Source: Felis catus
Taxonomy: Eukaryota
Direction of reading: 5' to 3'
NCBI RefSeq assembly: GCF_018350175.1
Contig: NC_058368.1
Location: forward strand, 103,046,001 to 103,110,000
Length of the DNA: 64,000 nucleotides
Shown piece by piece: positions 13,176 through 26,224 of this stretch. The first letter of the stretch is position 1, and each line of letters begins with the position of its first letter. Position numbers and translations under genes: made by a program. Below the pieces are notes generated by a model, which saw nothing but the letters and a program-made list of their open reading frames with translations, did no database searches and was not told where the DNA came from.

Positions 13176-14361
13176 TCTTAGCATCAGTAAATCTGCACCA
13201 AATTTCTTAGTTGTTAATAGATGTATAGCTAAATGCTGTTAGGAACAATTTTGAGAAATTACGGCCAAGCAATTGCTCATTGTTTGCGCTCTATCTGTAA
13301 TAAACCCATACAAACTGAGGGCACAGATTCCAGATGGTGCTCAAATGGTTCAGTCCTTGACCTTGCAGGTCAGGGTCAGAGCAAGAGAAGGGCCAAGGGG
13401 GTTTACAGCTTGAAGACATTACATAAAAACGTGGTATTACATAAGACAATATGGAAAGATCATTTATTCAGCAACAGATAAATCTAGGTCAAGAGCAACA
13501 TTTAGAAGGATATGCTGAATTTGGCTGACAATGAACGGTGTCTTGAGAAAGTTGTCATTCTCGTCACAAACTGCAAAAATGTGACTCTACTATCAATCAT
13601 CCCACAGCCTACATATGGACTGTCCTTCATTTTCCAAGAGCTATGAAGATTGCAGATGGCAACAGCCTTGAAGAAACTAAATAGCAACTTAGTAATGAGG
13701 TGTTTGAAGGAATCATGTTGAGACAAACCAGGCCCCAGATAAATCAGTGTATTTTTACTTATTGTTGAAAAGTCCCATGACTAGATTTTTTTTGATAGGG
13801 GAGAGAATCTGTAACATTTCTAGATGGTTGTTTCCTAAGAGAGAATGAATAGAAAGTCTTTTCTTTTCCCTCCAGGAAACCAAACACCAGTCTTGGCTAA
13901 AAACCAAACAAAAGGCTTCTTTGGACCTAGTAGATTTCGGGAACTAAGGATGTTTTCATTTGTGTTTGCTTTCTAATTTAGAAAAACATCAGCATCAGTT
14001 AATGGGGTGCACTTTTTAAGCAGAAAGCCTAAGAATAAGTTGTATTATGCAGACAAAAAATAGTAAGGTTCACACTTCACTCACTCGTGATAAGGTCTTA
14101 AATTCAACCACCCTCAGGCTAATGGTGATAAGTGAGCTCTGTACCGTGTGACATCTTCATGTATCTCAATATATGAAACAGCATGTCATCAGGCTAAAAT
14201 TTCTTGAGAAAATCACCTATAGATGTAGAGGGATTTTTTTTTTCCTCAAGACTAACTCTTCTCTCCCATTTTTTCAAGGTTTCATTACAAAAAACTTCAA
14301 AAATGCAGAATTCAAAGATTATAATGAACATCGGTATACCCATCACCTACAGTCTACCATT

Positions 14362-14556
14362 TTTTTTAAAGTTTATTTTTACTTATTTGTTGGGGTGGCG
14401 GTGAGGGGCAGAGAGAAAGGGAAACAATCACAAGCATGCTCCGCGCTGTCAGCACAGAGCCCAACGTGGGGCTCAGACTCACAAAACAGGAGATCATGAC
14501 TTGAACCGAAATCAGGAGTTGGACACTTAACCGACTGGGCCACCCAGGCAACCCCC
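14362..14556 (-). mobile_element. Can-SINE, older felid subfamily
   Basis: SINE body; degenerate TSD ctacagtctaccatt / ctagagtctactatt. Confidence 0.93.
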
Positions 14557-14654
14557 CTAGAGTCTACTATTAGTACATTATTTGCTTATCATCTTTCTAT
14601 CTGTCTATCCATCCCTCTAAGGTATCAGTCCATTTTACCTTCTGATACTTTTTA

Positions 14655-14877
14655 TTTTTTTTTTTAATTTTTTTTCAACGTTTATTTATTTTTGGGACAG
14701 AGAGAGACAGAGCATGAACGGGGGAGGGGCAGAGAGAGAGGGAGACACAGAATCGGAAACAGGCTCCAGGCTCTGAGCCATCAGCCCAGAGCCCGACGCG
14801 GGGCTCGAACTCCCGGACAGCGAGATCGTGACCTGGCTGAAGTCGGACGCTTAACCACCGCGCCACCCAGGCGCCCC
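14655..14877 (-). mobile_element. Young SINEC_Fc-type SINE
   Basis: TSD tgatacttttta at 14643-14654 and 14878-14889. Confidence 0.97.
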
Positions 14878-15858
14878 TGATACTTTTTAAAGTACAGTGC
14901 AGACATAGGTGCACTTTCTCTAAATATTTCATCATGCATATCATTAGATTGAGCTCAGTGTTCGTTTACAGTTTTATTCTTTTGATACAACATTGACAAA
15001 CAGTGAAAAGAACACGGCTTAAATGTGCATTCTTGGTTTGGAAGAAAGCAAGTATCTGTGTTATCACAAATCCTACCAAGACATCAATCATCACTACTAT
15101 TCCAGAAAGTTCCCTAATGAGACTGCCTGGCCAATACTCTCCTTCAGCCCTCCAGAAACAACCACTGTTCTTATTTTTGTTCCCACCATAGATTAGTTTT
15201 CTTTAGAAAATCATATACATGAAATCACACAGTAGATACTCTTGTGAGTGAAGCTTCCTACCATCAGTATACTGTTGGGAATATCATCACTGTGCTCTTT
15301 TTTATTGTGGAGGGATCTTTTGTTGTTTATATTACAATTTATCAACTTCCCCATTTATGGACTTGAAGGCTGTTTCCAGTTTTTGACTGTTATGAATAAG
15401 ACTGCTGTGAATATTCCTATGTCTTTAGAACCTTACTCCATCCACAGTCATTGTCAGTCTCCTCCCACAAACCTGACTGCCCTTTTTTTTTTTTTTATGT
15501 GAAAGACTGTATACTTCTGACCACAAACTAATTTTAATTTCAAGTCCTGCTTGGACTTGATACATGCAGCGGAGGGCTTTTGTTTGTGTGTTTGTTTCCA
15601 ATGAAGATTTGAGCACAGATGGAAAGAATAAAGAAAGGAAAGTAATGACCTGAGGCATATTCGTGAAGTGTGAATGCACTGTTTTCTTCTAATAACTTAT
15701 ATGTGAAATATCAGTTTGCAACTCTAGGAGAAAAAAAAATAAAAGCATTGCTGTATAATCTCTGTATGTCTTCCATTAAGATTGACTGTGACTTAAAATA
15801 GCCTAGGGTTATTAATGCTATAAATCTCTCTGAAACAGATTTCAGTGCTTGTTCTTCT

Positions 15859-15861
<3 letters not shown>

Positions 15862-15908
<47 letters not shown>

Positions 15909-15930
15909 AAGAAAGAAAAAAAGAAAAAGC
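15862..15930. repeat. (GA)n/(GAAA)n microsatellite
   Basis: Directly visible. Confidence 0.95.
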
Positions 15931-16440
15931 AGTGTACCATAGATCTCACATAAATGACACATTTTCAAACTCTGTTAAGCTTAGACTTTTAGCAATGCCC
16001 AGGGCTAAAATGAATTATGGGATTCTTAAATATTTCTCTAAATAACCAAATGCACAGAAACAAAATTTTCTTTTACAGAAAGACCGTTTCAAATGGATAC
16101 CCGAACACTTAAAGCTTTGACTTCTAGAAGACTACACATGAACGGTGATTACAATATTGAATTACTTCTTCAAAGGAATTAGAAACAACTAACTATGTAT
16201 GATTCTAAGTTTTGGGGTGGGTGGGTAGGAGGGACTATAAAGGTTTCCCCTAATTTATGTAGTTTTATGTCAAGAGTTATTACGATGCTATCTAAAATTT
16301 TCTTTTCTGGAAAACCATTATGACAGGAACACACAAATGGAAATTCTGTATACATGATACAAAATAATTCCTCTCAGATATGGAATGATTTTTTAAAAAT
16401 AAAATATATATAGAAAGAGGGTATATATCTATTCAATCTA

Positions 16441-16462
16441 TTTTTTTAAAGCTTATTTACTT

Positions 16463-16500
<38 letters not shown>

Positions 16501-16661
16501 TGAATGTGGGGAAGGGGCAGAGAGAGAACTAGAGAGAGCCAAGCAGGCTCTCTGATGTCACAAAGAGCCTGATGTGAGGCTTGAACTCACGAAGTGTGAG
16601 ATCATGACTTGAACCAACACCAAGAGCCAGACACTTAACCTGCTGAGCCACCTAGGGACCC
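16441..16661 (-). mobile_element. Can-SINE
   Basis: T tail, (GA)n, gagatcatgacttga, ctgagccacctaggg. Confidence 0.92.
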
Positions 16662-16675
16662 AATTCCATCTGTTT

Positions 16676-16946
16676 CTTTTTTAATTTAAGTTTATTTATT
16701 TATTTTGAGAGAGACAGAGACAGTGTGAGCAGGGGAGGGGTAGGGAGAGAGGGAAAGAGAGAGAGAGAGTGAGACAGAGAGAGAGAGAGAGAGAGGAAGA
16801 TAGAGAGGGGGTAGGGGGAGAGAGTCCCAAGCAGGCTCCACACTGTCAGTGCAGAACTTGATGCAGGGCTTGAACTCACGAAACCGTGAGATCATGACTG
16901 GAGCCAAAACTGAGAGTTGGACGCTTAACCAACTGACCATACCCCC
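16676..16946 (-). mobile_element. Can-SINE with expanded GA tract and damaged head
   Basis: SINE body with part of the 5' head missing. Confidence 0.92.
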
Positions 16947-17077
16947 ATCCATTGTTTTTTTTAATTTAGTTATTTTGCTATTTCACCTCTATTCATTCCC
17001 CCACATTATTTTATTTCTAAGACTTCCATGTTTTTCAGGAAGGAAAATGTGTCCTGTAAGTTTGATAAAGAAAAAGA

Positions 17078-17300
17078 GGGGTGCCTGGGTGGCTCGGTTG
17101 GTTAAACGTCCGACTTCGGCTCAGGTCATGATCTGACGGTCAGTGGGTTCGAGTCCCACGTCGGGCTCTGTGCTGACCGCTCAGAGCCTGGAGCCTGTTT
17201 CAGATTCTGTGTCTCCCTCTTTCTCTCTGCCCCTCCCCCATTCATGCTCTGTCTCTCTCTGTCTCAAAAATAAATATACGTTAAAAAAAATTAAAAAAAA
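17078..17300 (+). mobile_element. Can-SINE (SINEC_Fc2-like)
   Basis: TSD aaagaaaaaga at 17067-17077 and 17301-17311. Confidence 0.96.
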
Positions 17301-18469
17301 AAAGAAAAAGAGATACAGTTGTTTTATTAGATTAATATCAAGAAAGTTACATGCATATGTAATGCACATAATCTATAGAATGATAAAAATTAATAATAAT
17401 ATTAGTGAAGTATATATCACATAAGCATTTTACATGACAGTAATGGCAGATCCTTTAAAAATTTTATTTTTTACTATTTTTTCTTTTAGGTAACAACACA
17501 AAAGAGCCACGGGGCAATGTTTCTTTAGCTATCTAGGTCAGGAGAGCCATCTGGCACTCATTTTAATCACCATGACAGACTTGAAGGAAACCAATAAACC
17601 TTGTACTAATATTCCAATCTATTCACTAATGGAGATAATCAGAACATCTGGTTAGGGTTTCCCTTTATAAAGGTCTCCCCCAAGGATTATATTAGGTGTT
17701 GAAGCTCCTACTGTGTTGTGTTGGCTATCAATAACAGCTTCCCACCCTGCATCATTGCCTGACTCTAGCCAGACTGCCCATCTTGTCTCTGCCTAGAGTC
17801 CAAGCCCATCGACATTCGAAATCTAATCTGAGCAACTACAGGAAGCGTGTCATTTATGGACTCGAGGCAACATCAGCCTCCGTTATTATTGCTGTAAGTT
17901 TGTGCCTGTGTGCAAACAATTTACCTAAACTCTAACTTCTTTTGGTCAAGACTCAGTCTTGGGTTCCCACTGTCATAAGCGTCCACTTTGGTAGCTTCCC
18001 CTTGACTCTTCAGCCTCTTCGCTGGGTTTTCTCTCTGTGCCCTTCCAGACTTGAGGTATTGTTTCCCTAGAGCCCCTCGATTCTTTCTGCTCTGTACACC
18101 TCTTTATCTCTATTTGACCCAGTGGTTTTATCTTTATCTCCATTTTGGTCAATCCAACTTCTATGTATAATGGAATGATAACTGGATCAGAATCCTGAGA
18201 TATATAGATTCTCATTTGGACTTGACTCTAATTAGTATTGCAATCTTCAAGGATCTTCTGGGATTTCTATTCATTTATACCACAGAGAAGGCACCTCTCC
18301 AATTTTGCTTCTAGCTCTAACAACCTACAATTTTGTACCTATCTTTACAATGATAACAATTATAATTCACTGTCTGCTAATAACTAAATTCATTTATGTT
18401 CAGAATTTCCCAGTTATAATGACCATCCTCAAATATATGAGATAATCTAGTCAATAGAGAGAGAGTCTG

Positions 18470-18642
18470 AGTCAGTTCTCAGCATGGCTACACATAAGAA
18501 ATACTTGGGAAACTTTACAGAACCTATTGCCTGGGGCCCATTCAGACCAATCAGATCCAACTACTGACAGCAGGGCATATGCACTGTATAAAAGCTCACA
18601 AATGTAATTCTAATGGATAGGAAAGATTATGAACTACCACAG
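18470..18642. mobile_element. MER5A-like relic
   Basis: gttctcagcatggctacacataagaa...cagaccaatcagatc...aattctaatg...tatgaactac. Confidence 0.6.
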
Positions 18643-21094
18643 TAATCAATCTGAGTCAGTTTATTGTACACAGGTTCTAAAAATCACCATTTTAAGGAGT
18701 GAATCAGGCCAAGTATTTCCGGGAACAACACAGAATGTTAATAAATAAATACATGAATTTAAAAGGCAAATTGTTGTTTCAGCACAGAAAAATCTTACCT
18801 TTTAGAACATATAAACACAATGATTTTCGGCCCAAACTCTGACTCTTGTATATACATTGGTTGATCTAAAAGACTCACGAGTCCTTTAAATATAACAGAG
18901 ATGCTTCCCTTTTGGGAATTGTTCATTTCCCTTAATAATCTGGTAACATATTTTGTTCTGAATCGAGAAGTCAGCAGAATTCCGCCTGCGGTGCTAACAT
19001 CACAGGCCCGGCAGATAGTGTTGACCAGGAAAACTGCCTGGGTTTACTTGATTGATTATGAATTGATCTCATTACCTTTCCACACCCTTGCTGTTCACAG
19101 TGAAATTTCACACATATTCACACAAGTATAAAATAGTTAAGAGTGAAGGACAAAGCCCATGAGTAAGACAAAATGGATAACAGAAGTAATCACCGTGTCT
19201 TACTACTGCAAAAATCAATAAAGCAAATATGCTCTTTTTAAGTGGTATATTACAATCATGTTTTTCTGAAGATTGTTGTCTGTATTCAGTTTAAAAAGGC
19301 ATCTGCTTGTGTTTGCTTAAAACAAAAGGGTGGTTGACTTAATGAATTATTTACAGGCATGCAATATGGCAACAATGTCATTACAAACTCTCTTCTAAGA
19401 TCTCCCCTGGCTACTCCTGGCAGGGTGTCAATTTGCTTGTCTTTATGGTAGGTGCACAAAAATTGTGAAGCTATTCAAAGAAATGAGATTCTGCCATTGA
19501 ACTTACTAAGGCACGCCAACCCAGTAAGAAAGTCCTTAGTGACAAGAGTGGCGGAAACATTTATTTGGCATTAAAATGTGTAGAGTTCATGGAAAGAAAG
19601 AACCATTAGAATTACATAAAGTTGAAAGCAGCCTTGAAAACAGGCCCGAGGCCTGAAAGAAATCAAGACAGGCCTCTAAGAGGAGCTGAAGAGGGGAAAA
19701 AAGGACACTCTGTGACTTCTTTCTTTTCACAAGTTACTGACCTGTCAGTATCTGCTTGGCAGGGCGGTAGTGGGAGCCCTTAATTTAACGTTTCTGCACC
19801 ACAGGATGAAGTAGAAGAAATTAAAGGAACTATGGAGCTTATGCAAATAAATAAATAAGTAAAAAGCTTAAAAGGAAAAATTATGGACACAAAATAGCTT
19901 GACAAATGAAAATCTAATTATTATTATTATTTTCGCAACATCCAATCAATTCCAAACTTGCTCAAACTTCCTTCTATGAAATCAGAATGTCTAAACAGAC
20001 AGCCTATTAAGGCAAGTAGGTGGCTTTCAGAAGCGGGTCAGAATCCAGGGGAGATCAAATAGAACACCAAACGTCACAGAGGAGATGATAACCTACCTTC
20101 AGGGAAGAACCATGAACACCTGGCCCAATGTAATCACCCATCAGTGAGACTGGCTGACGGAGTGATTGGATCAAACTGAAATTTCCATTGCTAAAAATAG
20201 CCCTGGGAAAAGATTTTGTAAACCAAAATCAGTTACTATGGGTAATTTCTTCCCCACGAGTCCACAGTGCCGGTCCTAGAATGTGAGAAAGGGGTTGTGA
20301 AGAGAACGAGTAGGGGGTAGAGCTCTGGAGATTGCCTGCCATGAGCTGTGCCCTGCACTAAGCCTGGAACATACAATGGTGAACCGTACAGCCGTCCTCC
20401 CTGCCTTCACGGACCTCATAGTCTAGTACAGACTTTGAAACTTTGATGAACTTTATATGCTAGAGATTCAGGCAGAGAACTAGTCTGTTTATCTTCAAAC
20501 ACTTATTATAGTCTGAGAGTCATAAATGTTTACAATTACCTTTTTGTATTTGAATCAAGGACATCAAAAGGTAAAAGGAGTAGATTTTCTTATGAACTCT
20601 TTGAAAGATAAACTCTTAAATGCTGATAAGAATGTGAATAATGTACGATTAAGCATAATTTACATCGAATGCTTGAGCTACATGCCCTCTCGTGATGGTG
20701 AGAGTGAGAATTGGCCTCTATTGTCAAAAAAGGCAGCTGTGAGCTACAAAGACCTCTGGTAGATTTGCAGGGCCAGCATATACATTCAAATTGTAGCTGG
20801 AGTGTTTTTCTGGTTTGAAGAGGCAAGAATTCGGAAAATCACCCCCTTCCCACCAGGAGAGATGACTTCTCTAACAGCTTTGAGTCACTGTTCAAAGGAA
20901 GGAAGAAATTAGCAATCACCAAGCCAGCAGGTAGGACTGATTAATTTAGTCTGGCTGTAGTGACAGATCAAATTCACCAGAAAATTGCCAGAGTACATTT
21001 GCTCTTTTGTAGTTCTAGATATAAATTTAAAGTTGGGATTACCAAGTCTGCTGGTCTTTTTATTATTCCTATAGTCGATTTTTCTACACAGAAA

Positions 21095-21370
21095 GTAGCA
21101 GTAAAGACAGGGCTAAGGGTATAGACTTCAACGCTCAGGAATCCTGGGCCAAAGAACTGACGTTTTCCAAGCACAAGCTGGACAGGTTTGGATAAGCAAC
21201 TTAACCTTTCTGAGCTTCTGTTTTCTCACTGGAAAATTTGGAAAAGAATAATAACCGTTATACTAATACCTAAAGCAATGATTATCATGAAGGTTAAGGT
21301 AATTAATGTAACTGTAAGTTACATTAGTAATAGTATATGCCCCCAAATGCTAGATTTTTATTATTATCAT
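21095..21370 (+). mobile_element. MIR
   Basis: ggataagcaacttaacctttctgagcttctgttttctcactggaaaat core. Confidence 0.75.
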
Positions 21371-21786
21371 GGTCATGATTTTAGTTTCCCTACCAATAAC
21401 TTCTCTGGCAATCCTTTAACATTAAGCCAACATACCAATTTCTTAGAAGTTACATGTGACCCCAAGTCTACCGCTTACGTGGCCTGGAGCTGCTACACGA
21501 GAGGAAGGCAGGAAAAGGATGATATTTCAAAACGAGTCAGAAATCTATGTGTGCTGACTGTCAACTGTAACTTCTCTGATGAACTCAGGCTTTGTCCCTC
21601 CTACACGCAACTCATTTTATCCCCACCCAGAAGACCTCTGGTATGTCCATCAAGGGCAACTGTAATAGGGCCGTTACACTAAGGACAGTGGGAAAAGAAA
21701 AGAGGTAAAGAGGTTAAGGGCTCTTCCTTGCCAGCAGAATAGTCTTTAAGTTGGTTCCCTTTAGGATTTCTTTACTCTTTGGAGTA

Positions 21787-21796
21787 TCTTTCTTTT

Positions 21797-21864
<68 letters not shown>

Positions 21865-21945
21865 TCCTTCCTTCCTTCCTTCCTTCCTTCCTTCCTTCCT
21901 TCTTTCTTTCTTTCTTTCTTTCTTTTTCTCTCTTTCTTTCCCCCT
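21787..21945. repeat. (TTTC)n(TTCC)n(TTTC)n polypyrimidine tetranucleotide array
   Basis: Directly visible. Confidence 0.97.
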
Positions 21946-22561
21946 TCAAATTCCTCCACATTACTCTGTTGTTCCCTCTTCTCTCAAGATACTCCTGAGA
22001 GATTTAAAGCTTCTCCTGTTTGAGAAGAGCCTTCTGAAATGGGAAGGGGTTGAAACATCAGGTTAAGGTCCTTCGGAAAGGAACAAGGGAAGCTCTGCTC
22101 TAGAAAGGAAGTCTTTTTCTTTGTGTAGGGCTTTCATCGCACGGTATTGGTGTATCTCAAGGATCAAAACCAAGCAAGAGAGACCAGCGGGATGTGTCTC
22201 CCTTTAATCACCGAGTTGGGGGCCACAGAGGGTCCAGAAGCTCCAGAATGAGGAATGCACCAGCCGAGAGGGTCTTTTCTGCAATAGCTATTCTCTAGAA
22301 GCATCGACTGCAGGATTCCAGGATTCTAATACTCTTAGTATACTCTGGAGTATGACGGAACAGAAGGGATGTTTCTCAACATTTTAAGTACTAAATGTCA
22401 TTTCATTAAGCACTCTTTGGGAAACAACATTTGACTAATATCTTGCTTCTTTAATTTTAGTATTTCTACGGAATTGACAACACAACGCTACCAGTAAGAC
22501 CTGTCATGTAAGGCCTTGTCAAGTAAATAGCCAAGAAGCATTGAATCGAATATGCACTATT

Positions 22562-22790
22562 CTTTTTTTCTCTTTTTATTTAATTATTTATATTTTATTT
22601 ATTTCTTTTCAGAGAACAAGAGGGCATGTGGACGGGAGCAGGGAAGGGGCAGAGGGAGAGAGAGAACCCCAAGCAGGCTCCACACTTAGTGCAAAGCCCA
22701 AAATAGGGCTTGATCTCACAACACTGGGACCATGACCTGAGCTAAAATGAAGGGTCCAATGCTCAAATGACTGAGCCTCCCAGGTGCCCC
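22562..22790 (-). mobile_element. Older Can-SINE
   Basis: agagaaccccaagcaggctcc...catgacctgagct...caggtgcccc. Confidence 0.9.
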
Positions 22791-23002
22791 TTACTTCCTT
22801 ATAGTTAGTATCATTATGTATTAAGTTTTATTAAAAATAATCTATTTAAAATATATTTTATGCTATTGTAATGTCTTTTATTCATATGGGGGGCTTATTA
22901 TTTTTAAAGTATTCACACATATATTATTAATTAAGACAATAATTATACTCTATTATTAGCTCAGTTTGACAGATCAACTGACACTCAGACAAGTTCTATC
23001 TT

Positions 23003-23222
23003 TTTAAAAAAAAAATTTTAATGTGTATTTATTTTTGAAGGAGAGAGACAAAGAATGTGAGCAGGGGAGGGGCAGAAGGAGAGGGAGACACAGAATCTGA
23101 TACAGGCTCCAGGCTCTGAGCTGTCAGCACAGAGCCCAATGTGAGGCTTGAACCCACAAACTGTGAGATCGTGACCTGAGCCTAAGTTGGACGCTTAACT
23201 GACTGAGCCACCCAGGGGCCCT
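23003..23222 (-). mobile_element. Can-SINE inserted into a MIR (host MIR about 22895-23300)
   Basis: TSD agacaagttctatctt at 22987-23002 and 23223-23238. Confidence 0.95.
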
Positions 23223-23526
23223 AGACAAGTTCTATCTTGGGTAAGGTCTCAAATTTAAAAAAGGACAGAAATAGGAAATAAACCCACATGCCCTAAATCA
23301 ACTGCAGTGAGGTGAAAAGAGATCTAAAACTCAGTTTTAGGGCATAAACCGGATGTATCTGATGAATAAAAGTGGGTGGCATACCATCAGCTTGATTCCC
23401 CCCATCTCCATCTTGGAGAGGTCTCTAAGGAAATTCCATTAAATCTAAAGGCCTTGTCAGAGTACAGTTTGAAGGCACTTAGCATCTAGATATGTCTAAT
23501 CACCTCTGGGCACAATCACAAGTGGG

Positions 23527-23685
23527 CAGGACTGGTTACACAGTTTGTGGGACATAGTACAAAATGGAAACATGGGGTGCCATGTTAAAAAAATTAAGAA
23601 TTTCAAAATGAGAGAACCAAGCATGAGGACCCCTTGAGTGAGGATTCTGTGTGATCACACAGGCTGCATGTCTGTGTGGACCAGA
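23527..23685. mobile_element. MER45A-like hAT-Tip100 relic
   Basis: caggactggttacac...aaaatggaaacatgggg...ttaagaatttcaa...ctgtgtgatcacacagg matches recalled MER45A. Confidence 0.7.
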
Positions 23686-23940
23686 AATTATCTTCAAAAC
23701 CCTTTACTAAATGGTCTCTAGACCAGCGTGTTTACCTTTTCTCAACGACCTGTGTCCATGTTCTAGTTCATTCTCATATTTATATTTCTGTTGGGGAAGA
23801 GTCATTAAAGCTACTCAAAGTATATTGTAATGGGGTAATTTTTAAGTTAAAAAAACTATTTGCCCCATACCTGAATACCAGATCTTTACCCCAGCTCATA
23901 GTAGGCACCCACATTCCCAAGGAGATTAATTTACTTTTTT

Positions 23941-24161
23941 TTTTTTAAATTTTTTTTTCAACGTTTATTCATTTTTGGGACAGAGAGAGACAGAGCATGA
24001 ACGGGGGAGGGGCAGAGAGAGAGGGAGACACAGAATCAGAAACAGGCTCCAGGCTCTGAGCCGTCAGCACAGAGCCCGACGCGGGGCTCAAACTCCCGGA
24101 CCGCGAGATCATGACCTGGCTGAAGTCGGACGCTTAACCGACTGCGCCACCCAGGCGCCCC
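23941..24161 (-). mobile_element. Young SINEC_Fc-type SINE
   Basis: TSD taatttactttttt at 23927-23940 and 24162-24175. Confidence 0.97.
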
Positions 24162-24339
24162 TAATTTACTTTTTTAAAAAAAGAAACCTGAAGTAAAAGA
24201 TACTCAGCTTCTGTCACAGAAGCTCACTGCTTGGGAGTGGATATGAAAAATTCCTTTAATCTCCTCCTCATCCTTAACCCACTATTATAATGCCAACTAT
24301 CAATCTTGGAGGACTCAGTTAATAGACTGTATCACTAGA

Positions 24340-24768
24340 CTGTGACAGAGACACCGCCATATGTTCATCACACTAGTCTCATGTTGGTCCTGGACACCCA
24401 GCAAGATGGTGTTTCCCAGTCTCTCCTGCAGTTAAGTGATACCAGGGTGACTAAGGAGTGAAGTTTACCACTTCCAAGGCTGGCCCCCAAACCTGTACAC
24501 TCCTCCAACTGCACACTCTTTCCTTGGCTACAGCCAAATGCAGAGAACCCACTGGAGAACTCAGATATCTCAGAGGATCAAAGAGTGAGAACATGGAAAT
24601 ATCCCAGGGCCCCCGAATAACTCCATATAACAGAGCATCTTGGCCCCAACACACCCCAATGGTCCACAATGGACTGTGGGAGGACTGAGAAGAAATCTGT
24701 ACCATATTACAAACCAAGATTTGGGGCTATTGTTATAAGAGCTAGCATTACTTTACCTAACTAATACA
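24340..24768 (+). mobile_element. MLT1J/I-like MaLR solo LTR
   Basis: tttcccagtctctcctgcagttaag start region; gatttggggctattgtt...cctaactaataca end. Confidence 0.75.
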
Positions 24769-26224
24769 TATAGTACAGAGAAGATACTTCGGACATTATT
24801 GGGGCTTAGCAGGAGTTAAGAAAGTAGATATAAGTGAGCATTTCAAATAAAGGTTCTCCTTCTTCTGATCCCAGAAAATGTGTGTGAAGAGACACAGAAG
24901 AGGGTACAAAGGAGAGTTATATAGCCATGTATTTGTCTCCTGAGTTTTCCTTTTTGGTCATCATCTTGGAGAAAAGAAGGTTTGCAAAACACATTGACAG
25001 GACTACTGAGAACATCGTTTCTTGCCCTTAACTACATTTGTGACTTTGAGAGACTTTCTCACCCCAGTCAAGGATAAATCACATCAACCCAGTGATATAC
25101 CAGGCCCAGGCAGAGGGAACACCTGATACTTAGCTTTCCCAAGCATCCCCTGGTTCTTAAGTGGTGTGCACGGAAGATGTGGTAGGGTTTCACCAGAGAA
25201 GAGGCTAGAGGGATTGCTTATATGAGAAAACATGGTTCTCTGGCATGGACAGCTGAGGATAACCAAAACAGGGCCAAAAGGACGTTATCGCCATGTCTCA
25301 AAGAAGTCAACAGAAAGAGCACAAACCCAAATGAGGTCAAAACTGTGAGAGAGTGCTAACAGGCCCCAGCAGAACTCAATCAAAATCACAAATGACCCAG
25401 CCACAGACTTTAGCTATTAATACCTTTAGAGCAAGCAGCACAGGGATGATAAGGGGCAGGAAGCTTGGGTAGAAGGACTCTAACTATTCTCTACTCTTGG
25501 AAAGTTTCCTAAGTCACCTCAGTCAACCAAGGTGCCCAGATAATACCATAAGGAAAGACACGGAATGGGCGTTACCTCAGAGGAAAACGTGTTCAGTCAA
25601 AAGACTAAACACCCTAACTGGGGTGTTTCAATTATCCAAATGGATTATGCTTTAAACAGGATCACATGTTTACCAAGTTTTTTCCTGTTAATCAGTCGGT
25701 GGGAGATGGGGGAGTTGGCAGAGGATAGGGGTGTGGGGGGTGTTTAGATAGTGACAGGGTTGGAAGCTCAGATCAGCTTAAGACAAAATAAAGTATTGAT
25801 GTTTTCTTTGCACATCTGAGTTTTGATAGGAGTTAAATTTGGTCAATCTGCTACCTGAGATTAAAAGAAAAGCAAACAATTTCAGCTCTGTGCTAAAACT
25901 TCATACACCGCAGAGCTCTTCCTCATGGGACCGCCTGGCAATGACAGAGTTTTATAGACTGATGTTACTCCTTTTCTCCATCCACTGGTGCCATGTTTTT
26001 GAAAAGTATTTTCCCACCTCTATTCTTGCATAATGCAATACACAAGAAGGAAAAGTGCATAAAACGGTGCCAGGTTTTCATGGGTTTTCCCCAAGCACTG
26101 CCCTGGAAAACCAAGCCTGCCAAGAACAATGTCAGAACATCAATTGACTACAGCGATAACAACATACCCAGAAGGCAGATTGTCTGACAATAAAGTTGCC
26201 AAAAAAGAAATTGCTGTACCTGTG

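Larger units (their letters stand above)
14265..15425 (-). mobile_element. Ancient L1M (L1MB-ME type) 3' fragments carrying two nested SINEs
   Basis: Antisense L1M motifs: ccagaaagttccc, aaccactgttct...ccaccatagattagtttt, gtttccagtttttgactgttatgaataagactgctgtgaatatt. Confidence 0.8.

Noticed and set aside
20090..20215. Minus-strand acceptor/donor pair with one open frame
   Set aside because: Peptide not recognisable; the acceptor coincides with a MEF2-type motif and such pairs are common by chance
21188..21682. Longest ORF in the window (164 aa)
   Set aside because: Starts at a non-ATG codon inside a MIR; no recognisable domain or coding-like composition
21714..22066. ORFs rich in KKER or FFLS repeats (also 47307-47666)
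   Set aside because: Translations of stop-free tetranucleotide microsatellites
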